DNA of 64,000 bases from an uncultured archaeon (GTDB taxonomy: Archaea > Aenigmatarchaeota > Aenigmatarchaeia > QMZP01), in contig CAZSLL010000003.1 in NCBI GenBank assembly GCA_964607835.1, positions 3,826 through 67,825 of the forward strand, in the 5' to 3' direction. Positions 9,655-19,636 of the stretch are shown piece after piece. A model generated the notes under the pieces. That model made no database searches. It was not told where the DNA came from and saw only the letters and a program-made list of their open reading frames with translations. A program made the position numbers and the translations under genes. The first letter of the stretch is position 1; every line of letters begins with the position of its first letter.

Positions 9655-10756
9655 CCAGGAGAGGCTGACCAGGACCCTACAGGAGCTGGTGAGGATTCCC
9701 AGCCACAAGAGCATGGAGAAAATCTCTGATTACGTGGCCTCTGAGATTCGCAAGGCCGGGCTGGAGCCAGAGGCTGACGACGAGGGCAACGTCCTGGCCT
9801 CCGTTGGCTCTGGGGAGGGCTTCCTCCTCAACGCCCACCTGGACACCGTGGGGGTGGAGGGCTACCCTGACGCCTTCTCCGGTGAGGTCAGGGACGAGAA
9901 GCTCTACGGACGGGGCTCCACTGACTGCAAGGCAGGCGTGGCCGCCATGCTCGAGATTCTCAGGGTTCTCGCCAGGAGCCCGCCCAGAAAGCGTGTTGTC
10001 TTCGCCTTCACCGTGTGGGAAGAGGGCCACGGCCCTGGAAAGGATGGGGCCTATGCTCTTGCCCCAAAGATAAAGGCCTCGCACGGCCTGGTCCTGGAGG
10101 ATGCTGTAAAAGAGGACGGCTCCATGGGCGTGACCATAGGGTGCAAGGGCCGCTCTGGTTTCTCTGTTGAGGTGAAGGGTAAGGCAGGTCACTCCAGCCA
10201 GCCCAGGGATGCCGACAACCCGATTTACTCCGCAGCCAGGCTCTGCCAGGAAATAGAGTCCATCGAGCCCCAAAGCGTGGAGGTCCAGGGCTACGGGGAG
10301 CTGGAGTCAGCCATTAGCGTCACCGAGATTCATGCCCAGGAGGGAGGTAACGTCATACCCTCCACCTGCTCCCTCACAGTGGACAACAGGACCCTTCCGG
10401 GCAAGATCCCTGAGCAGGCCAGGAAGGAAATGGAGAGGCTCTGCTCCAAGGCCCTCGGTAAAAGATTCTCACTAAAAGCAAAGGGAAAGGAGGGCTTCCT
10501 CCAGCACGACCCTGCTTTCATTAGGCTCTGCCGCTCAGCCGTCAAGGAGGCATGCCTGAAGCCCTTCACCCACTTCTCCCCTGGCTGGAATGACGCTGCT
10601 GTGTTCAACAGCCACGGCATAAAGACCCTCAAGATGGGCCCGGGCACCATAGGCCAGGACCACCGGAATCCCGAGTACTGCTGGTTGCCTGGTTTCGTTA
10701 AGGGCACGCAGGCAATATTAAATGTCATAAAGGCATGGGACAGGGGAAAGCTTTAA
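9647..10756 (+). CDS. M20 family metallopeptidase (ArgE/DapE-like)
   Basis: AHLDTV, GRGSTDCK, EE, GHSS motifs. Confidence 0.88.
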   Translation: MIDQERLTRTLQELVRIPSHKSMEKISDYVASEIRKAGLEPEADDEGNVLASVGSGEGFLLNAHLDTVGVEGYPDAFSGEVRDEKLYGRGSTDCKAGVAAMLEILRVLARSPPRKRVVFAFTVWEEGHGPGKDGAYALAPKIKASHGLVLEDAVKEDGSMGVTIGCKGRSGFSVEVKGKAGHSSQPRDADNPIYSAARLCQEIESIEPQSVEVQGYGELESAISVTEIHAQEGGNVIPSTCSLTVDNRTLPGKIPEQARKEMERLCSKALGKRFSLKAKGKEGFLQHDPAFIRLCRSAVKEACLKPFTHFSPGWNDAAVFNSHGIKTLKMGPGTIGQDHRNPEYCWLPGFVKGTQAILNVIKAWDRGKL

Positions 10757-10765
10757 ATTATATTC

Positions 10766-10786
10766 AATTATATGTGTCATATAATT
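10766..10786. promoter_or_regulatory. Palindromic operator upstream of the TA pair
   Basis: AATTATATG-TGT-CATATAATT perfect inverted repeat just downstream of a TTTAAA box. Confidence 0.6.
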
Positions 10787-10803
10787 ACATATAAGGTGAT
10801 TTT

Positions 10804-10992
10804 ATGGGAAACCTTACCACAATCCAGGTAGAGAAAGGCACAAGGGAAGAGCTCAAGGAATGCGGCCTTAAGGATGAGACCTATAATGAAATCATAACAA
10901 GGCTGATAAACATAGCAAGAAAGCACGAGTTCTTCAGCAGACAGAGAAGCATTCTAGAGAGCGAGAGGTTTGTTGCTCTTGAAAGCGTATAA
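10804..10992 (+). CDS. Putative antitoxin
   Basis: TTIQV...ETYNEII pattern; overlaps the downstream RelE-like gene. Confidence 0.75.
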   Translation: MGNLTTIQVEKGTREELKECGLKDETYNEIITRLINIARKHEFFSRQRSILESERFVALESV

Positions 10993-11260
10993 GGTGATGT
11001 TGTCAGAGACAGCGCTCTCCCATCTGCGCTTTCTTGATCATGATACCAGGGAAAGGGTTAAGCAGCATCTCAGAGAACTTGGCCGCGATCCCTTCTCGAG
11101 GAGGCCAAAAGCAGACATCAAAATCCTCCATGGCTCCAGGAACCCTGCACTATACAGGCTAAGAATTGGAAGCTACAGAGCGATTTTTGCTGTTAAAGGC
11201 GAGCAGGTAATGGTTACAGAGATTGTGCACAGGAGCAGGGGTTATAAATGGCTGGAATAG
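10979..11260 (+). CDS. RelE/ParE family toxin
   Basis: YRLRIGSYRAIF and HRSRGY motifs; start codon uncertain. Confidence 0.85.
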   Translation: MKAYKVMLSETALSHLRFLDHDTRERVKQHLRELGRDPFSRRPKADIKILHGSRNPALYRLRIGSYRAIFAVKGEQVMVTEIVHRSRGYKWLE

Positions 11261-11273
11261 AGGTGAATTGTAT

Positions 11274-12686
11274 ATGAAAGTCACAATTGGACTGGAGACC
11301 CACGTCCAGCTCAATACACAGAGCAAGGCGTTCTGCGGGTGCAGGAATCCGGTCAACCTCGAGGAGGAGCCTGAGCCCAATACACTGCTGTGCGAGACCT
11401 GCCTGGGTCTCCCGGGCTCAAAGCCCAGGGCCAACCGGGCCATGCTCGAGAAGGCCCTGAGGGTCTCGCTTGCACTGGAGTGTACCATAGCCAGGAAGAC
11501 ATACTTCTCCAGGAAAACCTACTTCTACCCTGACATGAGCAAGAACTTCCAGATAACCCAGTACGAGGTCCCCCTTGCGGCCACGGGCAGGCTCAGGGTG
11601 GGGGACCGGGACATCAGGATAAAGAGGGTGCACATGGAGGAGGACCCCTCAAAGATTGTTCACGTGGGCGGCCTTGGCGGCAGCCACACCCTGCTGGACT
11701 ACAACCGCGCAGGGGTCCCTCTAATCGAAATCGTCACAGAGCCTGACTTCACCAGCCCTGAGGAGGCCAGGCTCTTCCTCCAGAAACTCGAGAACATCCT
11801 GGAGTACCTCGGTGTTTATGACTCCTCCTCACGGGCGGTCTTCAAGTCAGACGCCAACATCTCCCTCTCCGGGGGGAAGCGGGTTGAGGTCAAGAACATC
11901 ACGGGCACCAGGGAAATCGAGCAGGCCCTCAAGTACGAGATAGTGCGCCAGCATAACCACATAAAGCGCGGCGGGAAAATCGTTCAGTCCACCAGGACCT
12001 GGGACCCTGCCACCGGGACAAGCAGGGAGCTCAGGCTCAAGGAGACCGAGGCTGATTATGGCTACATCTTCGAGCCCGACCTCACGGTTCAGGAGATAAA
12101 GGCCTCCTACGTGTCCTCCATCAGGAAGGCCCTCCCCGAGCTCCCTGACCAGAGGATGGCCAGGTTCGTGAAGCAGTACGGTCTCCACCCCAAGACAGCA
12201 GAGGCCCTGGTCTCAGAGCTCGACCTCTCAGAGCTCTACGAGCGGGCTGCCGGGAAGACCGACCCAAAGCTCGCCGCCACATGGGTAGCGGGCTACCTCA
12301 AGAAGAGCCTCAACTACAGAGACCTCCGCTACAGGGGCTCAGGCCTTAAAGAGGAGTGGCTCTTCTCCCTGCTGAAAACCACCCAGAGAGGAGAGCTCAC
12401 CGACCGCAATGCCGAGCTTGTCCTGCGGGGCATGGTGGAAAAGAGGGAGCCCCCTGAGAAGGCCATGAAGAGGCTTGGAATCGGGAAGCGGGTGGACCCC
12501 TCAAAGGACAGTGGAGTTACCCAGGCCATAGAGAAGGTGCTCAAAGCCAACCCCGGGGCCGTGCAGGACTACAAGTCAGGCGAGGAGAAGGCCCTCCACT
12601 TCCTGGTGGGCATGGCCATGCGCGAGACCCGCGGCCAGGTGGACGCCAACGACGCCAAGAGGCTCATACTAAAGCTTCTCGAATAG
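11274..12686 (+). CDS. gatB: Asp/Glu-tRNA amidotransferase subunit B
   Basis: IGLETHVQL, RKTYFYPD, HMEED, DYNRAGVPLIEIVTEPD. Confidence 0.95.
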   Translation: MKVTIGLETHVQLNTQSKAFCGCRNPVNLEEEPEPNTLLCETCLGLPGSKPRANRAMLEKALRVSLALECTIARKTYFSRKTYFYPDMSKNFQITQYEVPLAATGRLRVGDRDIRIKRVHMEEDPSKIVHVGGLGGSHTLLDYNRAGVPLIEIVTEPDFTSPEEARLFLQKLENILEYLGVYDSSSRAVFKSDANISLSGGKRVEVKNITGTREIEQALKYEIVRQHNHIKRGGKIVQSTRTWDPATGTSRELRLKETEADYGYIFEPDLTVQEIKASYVSSIRKALPELPDQRMARFVKQYGLHPKTAEALVSELDLSELYERAAGKTDPKLAATWVAGYLKKSLNYRDLRYRGSGLKEEWLFSLLKTTQRGELTDRNAELVLRGMVEKREPPEKAMKRLGIGKRVDPSKDSGVTQAIEKVLKANPGAVQDYKSGEEKALHFLVGMAMRETRGQVDANDAKRLILKLLE

Positions 12687-13091
12687 CTCCTTCCCGAGCC
12701 TTGCCGTCTCTTCTGTCTCTCCGATGGTATTCAGCCTCTTGATGAGCTCAATGTCCACCCATTCGGGAACAGTCTTGTTGCTGACCCTAAGGTCCCCTTT
12801 GAACACCCTTGCTACGAATGCCGTGAAAGAGAACCGCTTTATGCCGTCCTTCTGCCGGATGTCAGTCAACCAGAGCTTGGGTATTTTGAAAAGTTCGTGC
12901 TCCTCCACCCTCAGCCCTGTCTCCTCCAGAAGCTCCCTGGCTGCAGCCTGCTTCTCGGTTTCCCCTGCTTCCAGCTTTCCCGCGGGCAGTCCGTAGCTGC
13001 CTGTAAGGTGGCTGGCCTGGTCAAGGTGCCTGACCAGCAATACCTGGCTTCCCTTCAGAACGACTATACCAGCTGTAGGTATTGCTTCCAT
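12669..13091 (-). CDS. NUDIX hydrolase
   Basis: Nudix box GKLEAGETEKQAAARELLEETG; start placed at ATG 13091, after the tRNA. Confidence 0.88.
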   Translation of the reverse strand: MEAIPTAGIVVLKGSQVLLVRHLDQASHLTGSYGLPAGKLEAGETEKQAAARELLEETGLRVEEHELFKIPKLWLTDIRQKDGIKRFSFTAFVARVFKGDLRVSNKTVPEWVDIELIKRLNTIGETEETARLGKELFEKL

Positions 13092-13093
13092 GA

Positions 13094-13302
13094 TGAGCCC
13101 GGCAGGATTCTCGTTAGCCGGAAGTTGCCCCGAGCTCAAGCGAGCGGGCAACTCCTTTTGGCTGAAGCCTTTTCCTGAAAAAGGCTTCTTTCGAACCTGC
13201 AACCCCCCGGTTTCCCCGGCAGGTGGCCTCCGAAGCTTCACCTCTCCTCACCCCCCTCGGGAGTGCAGGGAACGGGTGCTCTATCCATTAAGCCACGGGC
13301 CC
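13094..13302 (-). tRNA. tRNA-Arg(TCG) with three introns (30/31: 13237-13272; 37/38: 13212-13229; 59/60: 13108-13189)
   Basis: Removing the inserts gives GGGCCCG TG GCTT AATGGATA GAGC A CCCGG CTTCGGA CCGGG GGGTT GCAGG TTCGAAT CCTGC CGGGCTC A, a complete cloverleaf. Confidence 0.85.
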
Positions 13303-13358
13303 ATCGCTCCCCTTTGGGAACGCATAACCAATATTGCGGGCTTTTAAATAAATCTTGC

Positions 13359-13745
13359 TCACTCCAGGGCCCCTATTTTAACAGAATCCCCGTCCTTCAG
13401 GCCCAGCCTCTCCCTCAGGTTCTCACCTGAAACAATCTCTATCACCCCTGGCTCGTGGGTGGCCCTGTCCGGGAACACGGCAGCGCCCGGAACCCCGTTC
13501 ACAGCGCAACTGATGAGGGAGAGCCCCCCATAGGTCCTATCCCCGTCCAAAAAGCCCTCTATCCTCTCCATGGCTCTCTTTCTCAGGAAACCGGTCTCCT
13601 CTGGTGAGGCCTTCACGTTGAGGGTGCCCGGAAAGGGCTGTTCCCCAAGAACCTTCCCGAATGCCCTCCTGTAATGCGCCATCTCCACGAAAAGCTTTCC
13701 CCTGCCCATGCCTGATTCCACTTTCCCCTCAACCTTCAATGCCAT
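13359..13745 (-). CDS. ribK: CTP-dependent riboflavin kinase
   Basis: GKVESGMGRG, PFPGTLN, LRERLGLKDGD. Confidence 0.88.
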   Translation of the reverse strand: MALKVEGKVESGMGRGKLFVEMAHYRRAFGKVLGEQPFPGTLNVKASPEETGFLRKRAMERIEGFLDGDRTYGGLSLISCAVNGVPGAAVFPDRATHEPGVIEIVSGENLRERLGLKDGDSVKIGALE

Positions 13746-13796
13746 GCTTTATGTTGGCTGCCAAGCCTTTTATCCGGGCTAGGCCAATTATATAAC

Positions 13797-14687
13797 ATGA
13801 ACAGGGGCATGCTCTTCCTCATAATATCCGGAATCTGCCTGAGCACAATCGGCATATTCATCAAGCTCCTCGGCCCGAGCATATCCCCCTTTCTCCTGGC
13901 CTCGGTTAGAATCCTGGCCGCAGCAGGGCTCATATACCTGTTCCTGGCCTCTGAGAGGAGGACAAAGCTTCTCGAGCTGAAAGAGGGGGACCTGCACATA
14001 TTCCTCCTCGCAGGGCTGTTCGGCATAGTCTTCGGCTTCGGGTTCTACGTCAAGTCGCTCACCATGATTCCCGTGGCCAATGCGGTCTTCCTCATGTACA
14101 TATACCCGGTTGTCACGGCCATCCTGGCCAGGCTCTTCCTTGACGAGCGGATAGGCAGGTACACCATCCTGGCCCTTCTGCTCTCCCTCTCAGGAATCTA
14201 CCTCATCTACGGATACGGCGTCAACATAGTGGCACTCTCAGAGGGGAGCATGTACGCCCTCATAGCGGGCCTGGGATACTCTGTGTTCATAGTGTCCATG
14301 AGGCACATGGAGAAGAAGGGTCACTCCTACTGGGATGTTGTTTTCTGGCCCCTGGTGCTGGGCGGCCTAATGCTCCTGCCCCTCAACCTCACCTCCGGCA
14401 TAATCCTGCTGCCGTCAGCAAACATGGTCCTCCTCCTGGCAGGTGTGGTGTTCATATCCACCTTCCTGGGATACCTGTTCTACGCCCGGGGCCTCAAGAC
14501 CATCCAGGCCAAGCACGCCACCATAATAGAGAACCTGGCCGAGCCCTCTGCCGCCATATTCCTGGCCTGGCTCATACTGGGAGAACTCGTCCCTGAGTAC
14601 GTGTTCCTGGGGGGCTTCCTCATAATCCTCGCCAACCTCGTGGTCAGGCTCGACATGGGGGAAGACGAACACAGGAAAAAGATATAA
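13797..14687 (+). CDS. EamA/DMT family transporter
   Basis: About 10 TM helices in two EamA repeats; EP..A...AW..LGE. Confidence 0.88.
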   Translation: MNRGMLFLIISGICLSTIGIFIKLLGPSISPFLLASVRILAAAGLIYLFLASERRTKLLELKEGDLHIFLLAGLFGIVFGFGFYVKSLTMIPVANAVFLMYIYPVVTAILARLFLDERIGRYTILALLLSLSGIYLIYGYGVNIVALSEGSMYALIAGLGYSVFIVSMRHMEKKGHSYWDVVFWPLVLGGLMLLPLNLTSGIILLPSANMVLLLAGVVFISTFLGYLFYARGLKTIQAKHATIIENLAEPSAAIFLAWLILGELVPEYVFLGGFLIILANLVVRLDMGEDEHRKKI

Positions 14688-14720
14688 TAGTTAGGACCCC
14701 ACTATTATCTGTGACTGCAC

Positions 14721-16763
14721 ATGCTTCTGGGAAAGATATCAGGCAGGATTACCACCAAGAGCGTATCCTTTGACGCCGACGCCAGGGTCAGGAAGCTGGA
14801 CTATGTCTCCATCAAGGACCCTGAGGGAAGGTGGATACTGGCCAACATTGACAGCGTGACCAGGTACGAGACCAAGACCAAGGTCACGGCCAGGATTGTC
14901 GGATACAGGGACTCCAGGGGCTTCCTCAAGACCCCCAAGATTCCCTTCGCCCCCAGCACGCCTGTCTTCTCAGCCCCCAAGGACTTCATACGCCAGACCC
15001 TGGGCCTGAACAGGTCAGGCGCCTACATGGGACTCCTGGAGGGCTATGACATCAGGGTCATGCTGAACACAGAGCACATGATAAGGAAGCACATATCCAT
15101 TCTGGCCAAGACCGGCGCAGGCAAATCCTACGCAGGAGGGGTCCTGCTCGAGGAGCTCGCCGAGGCAAAGATGCCTGTGGTGGTGATAGACCCCCACGGG
15201 GAGTACAAGACCCTGAGGCTCAACAACAAGAACAAGAAGGAGACCAAATACCTGGAGAGGTTTGGGGTGGAGGCCAGGAACTACAGGGACCAGGTCACGG
15301 TTTACGGGGTTTCCACGGCCAAGAGCCTTCGCCTGAACTCCAAGCTGTCGGCAGAGGAGATTTTCTCCATGCTCCCCGCCGCCCTTTCCTCCACGCAGAA
15401 GGGCCTGCTCTTCTCCTCATTGAGGAACCTTGAGGGCAAGGACTACACCATCAGGGACATAATAGATGAGGTGGCCAACGCCAACTCCCAGGCCAAATGG
15501 AACCTTGTTTCCATGCTCGAGTTCCTGGAAGGCACCAGGCTCTTCTCAGCAAACCCCACCCTTCCCAACGACCTGGTGAAGCCCGGGCAGATAACTGTGC
15601 TCGACCTCAAGGAGGAGAGACCTGAAATCCAGCAGATAGTGGCGCTCAAGATTATAGAGGACCTGTTCAGGGCAAGGAAGCATGGCAAGATTCCCTCCTT
15701 CCTTCTCATGCTCGAGGAGGCCCACAACTTCTGCCCTGAGAGGGGATTCGGCGAGGTGGCCTCCTCCAGGATAATCCGGACAGTGGCCTCAGAGGGCAGG
15801 AAGTTCGGCTTCGGCCTTTGCATGGTCACCCAGAGGCCCGCCAGGGTGGACAAGTCCGTGCTCAGCCAGTGCAACACCCAGATTATACTCAAGGTAACCA
15901 ATCCCAACGACCTCAAGGCCATTACCGATTCCGTGGAGGGGGTGACCCCGGGGCTGAGGGAGGAGATAAGGGACCTGCCAGTGGGGGTGGCCCTTGTGGT
16001 GGGGGCCACAGAGCAGCCCCTGGTGATTGACATCCGTGTCAGGCGCACCCAGCACGGGGGTGAGTCCATAGAGATAGGGGAAATCAAGGAACTCCAGGAG
16101 AAGCCCCTGGCCTTCCAGCCTCTCATCGGAAAGGGAGAGGTGAGCAAGGAGTTCAAGTCCATCAAGGACGTAAACCTGCTTCACTACCCCATGTGGAGGG
16201 TTTCCGCCCTGTTCGGCAGCACACCTGTCACCTTCTACGTGGACGGCATATCTGGCGAGCTGGTGTTCAAGAAGGATGACTCCATAGAGCGCTCCAGCGG
16301 ACTCAGGGAGCTCATGGACCTGGCACCTTCAAGCAGGATAATCATATTCTACCTCACCAAGAACAAGCTCGCAACCGCGGAGAGGATTGCCGAGGACCTC
16401 AAGATGCCCCTTAGCACAGTCCAGGGCAACGTGAGGGAACTTCTGGCCAGGGACTACCTCACCACTGACGGCTACATGTTCAGCAACAAGCTCAGGTTTG
16501 AGAACATCCCCCCCAACCCCTCAAAGGTCCAGCTCTCTGAGAAGCCCGAGAAGAGGGAACTGGAGGGAAGGAAGCTGGAGTTCATGGTCACCCAGGACTT
16601 CGTGCGCAAGGTTTCGGAGCTCTGGTCCATGCCCATACGCTCCATAGAACCCTCCTATTACCCGTACTGGCTGGTCAGACACAAGGACAGCAACGTGCTC
16701 ATAGACGGCCTGAACAGGAGCCTTGACCACGAGACCACCAGGCTAATCGCAAAGTTCATCTGA
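14721..16763 (+). CDS. HerA-like ATPase (DUF87) with C-terminal wHTH-containing extension
   Basis: HISILAKTGAGKSY, IDPHGEY, EEAHNF, EGRKFG, TQRPA motifs. Confidence 0.85.
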   Translation: MLLGKISGRITTKSVSFDADARVRKLDYVSIKDPEGRWILANIDSVTRYETKTKVTARIVGYRDSRGFLKTPKIPFAPSTPVFSAPKDFIRQTLGLNRSGAYMGLLEGYDIRVMLNTEHMIRKHISILAKTGAGKSYAGGVLLEELAEAKMPVVVIDPHGEYKTLRLNNKNKKETKYLERFGVEARNYRDQVTVYGVSTAKSLRLNSKLSAEEIFSMLPAALSSTQKGLLFSSLRNLEGKDYTIRDIIDEVANANSQAKWNLVSMLEFLEGTRLFSANPTLPNDLVKPGQITVLDLKEERPEIQQIVALKIIEDLFRARKHGKIPSFLLMLEEAHNFCPERGFGEVASSRIIRTVASEGRKFGFGLCMVTQRPARVDKSVLSQCNTQIILKVTNPNDLKAITDSVEGVTPGLREEIRDLPVGVALVVGATEQPLVIDIRVRRTQHGGESIEIGEIKELQEKPLAFQPLIGKGEVSKEFKSIKDVNLLHYPMWRVSALFGSTPVTFYVDGISGELVFKKDDSIERSSGLRELMDLAPSSRIIIFYLTKNKLATAERIAEDLKMPLSTVQGNVRELLARDYLTTDGYMFSNKLRFENIPPNPSKVQLSEKPEKRELEGRKLEFMVTQDFVRKVSELWSMPIRSIEPSYYPYWLVRHKDSNVLIDGLNRSLDHETTRLIAKFI

Positions 16764-17091
16764 ATGGCTCTATTCCCCTCAGCCTCTTGTATTCTCCTAC
16801 AATTTGCTCTGCTAGCTCTTTGCTCGTTCCGGCGTATTCCAGAAACCCCCTGAGAAAAGCCAGGGCATTCCCCTCACCTGACTTATGCTCAATCTTCTGG
16901 GTCATCAGAAAGGCGTCCCTCATGGCTTCCTCCCTCTCCATTATGTCAGGCACGCACGACTCGCATGTGCTGTAAAGCCCCCTGCTGAATTCATCATAGA
17001 GGCCGGATATCCCGTGAGAGAGATAGTGCTCGCTTAGCTGCTCTCCGATTGGGCATTCGCTGCAGTTTCCCTGATATCCTGGGTCTTTCAT
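16756..17091 (-). CDS. Hypothetical Cys-containing protein
   Basis: ORF with two CxxC motifs; start uncertain. Confidence 0.45.
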   Translation of the reverse strand: MKDPGYQGNCSECPIGEQLSEHYLSHGISGLYDEFSRGLYSTCESCVPDIMEREEAMRDAFLMTQKIEHKSGEGNALAFLRGFLEYAGTSKELAEQIVGEYKRLRGIEPFR

Positions 17092-17146
17092 ACCCGGACC
17101 TGGGTCAAAATATATAAAAGCACAACATTCAATTCTTATAACCAAT

Positions 17147-17605
17147 GCCGGTGTGGCTTAGTGGTTAAAGCGCCAGACTCATAACCAGCCTTTTTCAGGA
17201 AAAGGCTGGAGCCAAAAGGAGTTACCCACTCGCTGATGCTCGGGGTAACTTCCATGGCCCGAATCCAAGCAAACATGATGGTTATGAGTGTTGAGGATGC
17301 CTTCAGTCAGGCGGATTCGCCGTCTGCATGCACGCCAGTGCGAGCATCCGATGATAGCTGGGAAATCTGGAGATCGAGGGTTCAAATAACCCTTTTGTCC
17401 AGGATAAACGGACAAAAGCGTTTGCGGAAAGAACGCTTCCGCAACAGGTTGAGCAAAACACGTAAAGGTGTTGGAAACGTCAATCGTTTCCTGTTGCTCC
17501 CCCGCTTGCGACATGCGAGCGCTGGCCCTTCACGGCCCGAGAATCTTTGTGAAGGCCGTGCAGGCGAAGCGTCTGTAAGCGGGGTTGGGAATCCCTCCAC
17601 CGGCA
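17147..17605 (+). tRNA. Elongator tRNA-Met(CAT) with two long introns (37/38: 17184-17364; 59/60: 17387-17591)
   Basis: Exons GCCGGTGTGGCTTAGTGGTTAAAGCGCCAGACTCATA / ATCTGGAGATCGAGGGTTCAAA / TCCCTCCACCGGCA fold into a cloverleaf; TATA-like box upstream. Confidence 0.88.
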
Positions 17606-17736
17606 TTCCTAATTCTGTCCTGAATCAAAATGAAGAATAAAATCACAACGAGACTTCGGTTCTTGTGGTTACCATCATTGCCCCAGTTGGAAACTGTTTC
17701 GTGTTGCTGTGTTTTCAGGGAGGTATCAGCCTGTGC

Positions 17737-17964
17737 TTATATCTCCTTTATCTTTGAAGAGACGAAGTCCTTTATCTCCTGCTCGTCAGGGATGGCAAGG
17801 CTCTTCTTGAACCTCTTGGTCCCGTCAGGAAGGAAGAAACCCCTTGAAATCGCAATGAACTCGTTCTCGCCGTCCTCAACGACAGCCTTCTTCCTTGCGA
17901 CCTCGAGGAAGTTGTTCTTGCCGAACTTTACCTCTTCTGACTTCACGGTCTGGAATTCAACCAT
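17737..17964 (-). CDS. Small conserved-looking protein, possibly PC4-like nucleic-acid binding
   Basis: Strong GGAGGT RBS; beta-rich pattern (FIAISRGF...RFKKSL). Confidence 0.6.
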   Translation of the reverse strand: MVEFQTVKSEEVKFGKNNFLEVARKKAVVEDGENEFIAISRGFFLPDGTKRFKKSLAIPDEQEIKDFVSSKIKEI

Positions 17965-18109
17965 TGTATTACCTCCTGTGTTGGGTATGAAATGAGTATC
18001 CGGATTTGGCTTAAATAGTTAACGGTTAAACCAGTTAACTGTTATACTATACTGATTGCCCGGATTTCCGGCGCACCCTTTTTAAATCATTCCCGCGAAA
18101 GACACACTC

Positions 18110-18856
18110 ATGAAAGCGATTGTGCTGGCGGGCGGCTACGCCAAGAGGATGTGGCCCCTCACAAAGGACAGGCCCAAGCCCCTGCTCCCGGTTGGCGGGA
18201 GGCCCATGATAGACCATGTCATGGACAGGCTCCTCAACATAGGAAGCATTGACACTGTCTACATTACAACCAACCGCAAGTTCGAAGGGGTCTTCAGCGA
18301 GTGGCTCTCGGGCAAGGAGTTCCCAATCCCCGTCAGGCTCGTGGTCGAGGACACCGCAGCGGAGGAGGAGAAGCTGGGCTCCATAGGGGCCATGAGGCAC
18401 ATCATCCAGAAGGAGGGCATAGATGATGATGTCCTCTGCATGGGAGGGGACAACCTGCTGGAGGACCACCTCAGGGACTTCGTGAGATTCTTCAGGGAGC
18501 AGGGCACCACTGTGTTCGGGCTCTGGGAGATGGACTCAGGTGACCTGTGCAAGTTCGGAATAGCCTGCCTGGACGACCAGGGGAGGGTGGTGCATTTCGA
18601 GGAGAAGCCCCCGCAGCCCAAGTCCAGATTCGTGTCCACTGCGGTTTACGCCATACCCAGGGGCGAGCTTGGGCTCATCAGCGAGTACCTCTCCGGCAAG
18701 AACAACCCCGACGCATTCGGGCACTTCATATCCTGGCTCTACTCCAGGACCCCTGTCTACGGATTCGTTTTCAGGAACAAGTGGTTTGACATAGGCTCCA
18801 TTGAGGCCTATGAGTCAGCGAACAGGCACATGCTGGACAGGCAAATCAATTCCTGA
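18110..18856 (+). CDS. Sugar-phosphate nucleotidyltransferase
   Basis: MKAIVLAGGYAKRMWPLT..PKPLLP, EEKP, WFDIG. Confidence 0.9.
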   Translation: MKAIVLAGGYAKRMWPLTKDRPKPLLPVGGRPMIDHVMDRLLNIGSIDTVYITTNRKFEGVFSEWLSGKEFPIPVRLVVEDTAAEEEKLGSIGAMRHIIQKEGIDDDVLCMGGDNLLEDHLRDFVRFFREQGTTVFGLWEMDSGDLCKFGIACLDDQGRVVHFEEKPPQPKSRFVSTAVYAIPRGELGLISEYLSGKNNPDAFGHFISWLYSRTPVYGFVFRNKWFDIGSIEAYESANRHMLDRQINS

Positions 18857-19544
18857 TTACCGTGCCCCGGAATCCCTTCCCCGAGAGGTAGCTGTCCAGG
18901 TTGCTTATCCTCTTCCCGTTCATTATGGCAACCTCGAGCCCGAGCTTCTCGGCCTCCTTCGAGGCCACGGGGTCGAAGGGGTGGCTGGCCCCTGGGTCCC
19001 ACCTGTCTCCCACGAGCTTCCTGAAATCCCCCCAGGACATCTCCTTTATGGGCTTTGCGTCCCTGTGGTATTTAGGGTCCTTGTCATACACGAAGTCTAT
19101 GTTGGAGAGGTTGATCAGCTTCCCTGCTTTGAAGTTCCTTGCCATGAGAACGGCGTCATAGTCAGTGGAGCACCCCGGCTTCCATCCAGCCCCTATCAGG
19201 ATGCTCTCCCTGAACCTTATCCTCTCTGAGGGGTCCTTGATGACCCTTGGGTGAGCGTGGTCCCTGAATATTGTCCTCAGAAGGTGGGCGTTGAACCTGG
19301 TGGCGTGTATGCCCAGCCAGTCCAGGTCGTCCCTGGTGAGCTTCGTTATCTCAGAGGCCGCCTTCTGGTAGCGCCTGCACACCTTTCCGCCGCCGGATAT
19401 GATGATGAACTTCCTTCCCTTCCTGGCGTGCTTCAGAATGAGCTCCCTGAAGCTTCTGAGAAAGGGAACGTCAACGCCGTCAGGGACTATTATGGAGCCG
19501 CCAAGGCTCAGGATTACGAGTTCTTTGTCCCCCGGCATTTGCAT
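18846..19544 (-). CDS. pyrH: UMP kinase
   Basis: SLGGS, GGGK..R.YQ, D.LGI.ATR.NA, PG.STD, VYDKDP. Confidence 0.93.
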   Translation of the reverse strand: MQMPGDKELVILSLGGSIIVPDGVDVPFLRSFRELILKHARKGRKFIIISGGGKVCRRYQKAASEITKLTRDDLDWLGIHATRFNAHLLRTIFRDHAHPRVIKDPSERIRFRESILIGAGWKPGCSTDYDAVLMARNFKAGKLINLSNIDFVYDKDPKYHRDAKPIKEMSWGDFRKLVGDRWDPGASHPFDPVASKEAEKLGLEVAIMNGKRISNLDSYLSGKGFRGTVIRN

Positions 19545-19636
19545 CCTAAATGAATTGTTGTTTCTCATATATATAGCATATATCCCCCTTATTTGACAAT
19601 GCAAACAGAAAGGACCCGAAGGCCCTTTCCACATTC

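Noticed and set aside
13092..13347. N-terminal extension of the NUDIX ORF and ORF 13090-13347
   Set aside because: They overlap the intron-containing tRNA-Arg; the NUDIX start fits ATG 13091.
17179..17640. ORFs 17179-17514, 17236-17640 and 17382-17606 as intron-encoded proteins
   Set aside because: They cross tRNA-Met exons, have no endonuclease motifs, and the sequence is explained by RNA structure.
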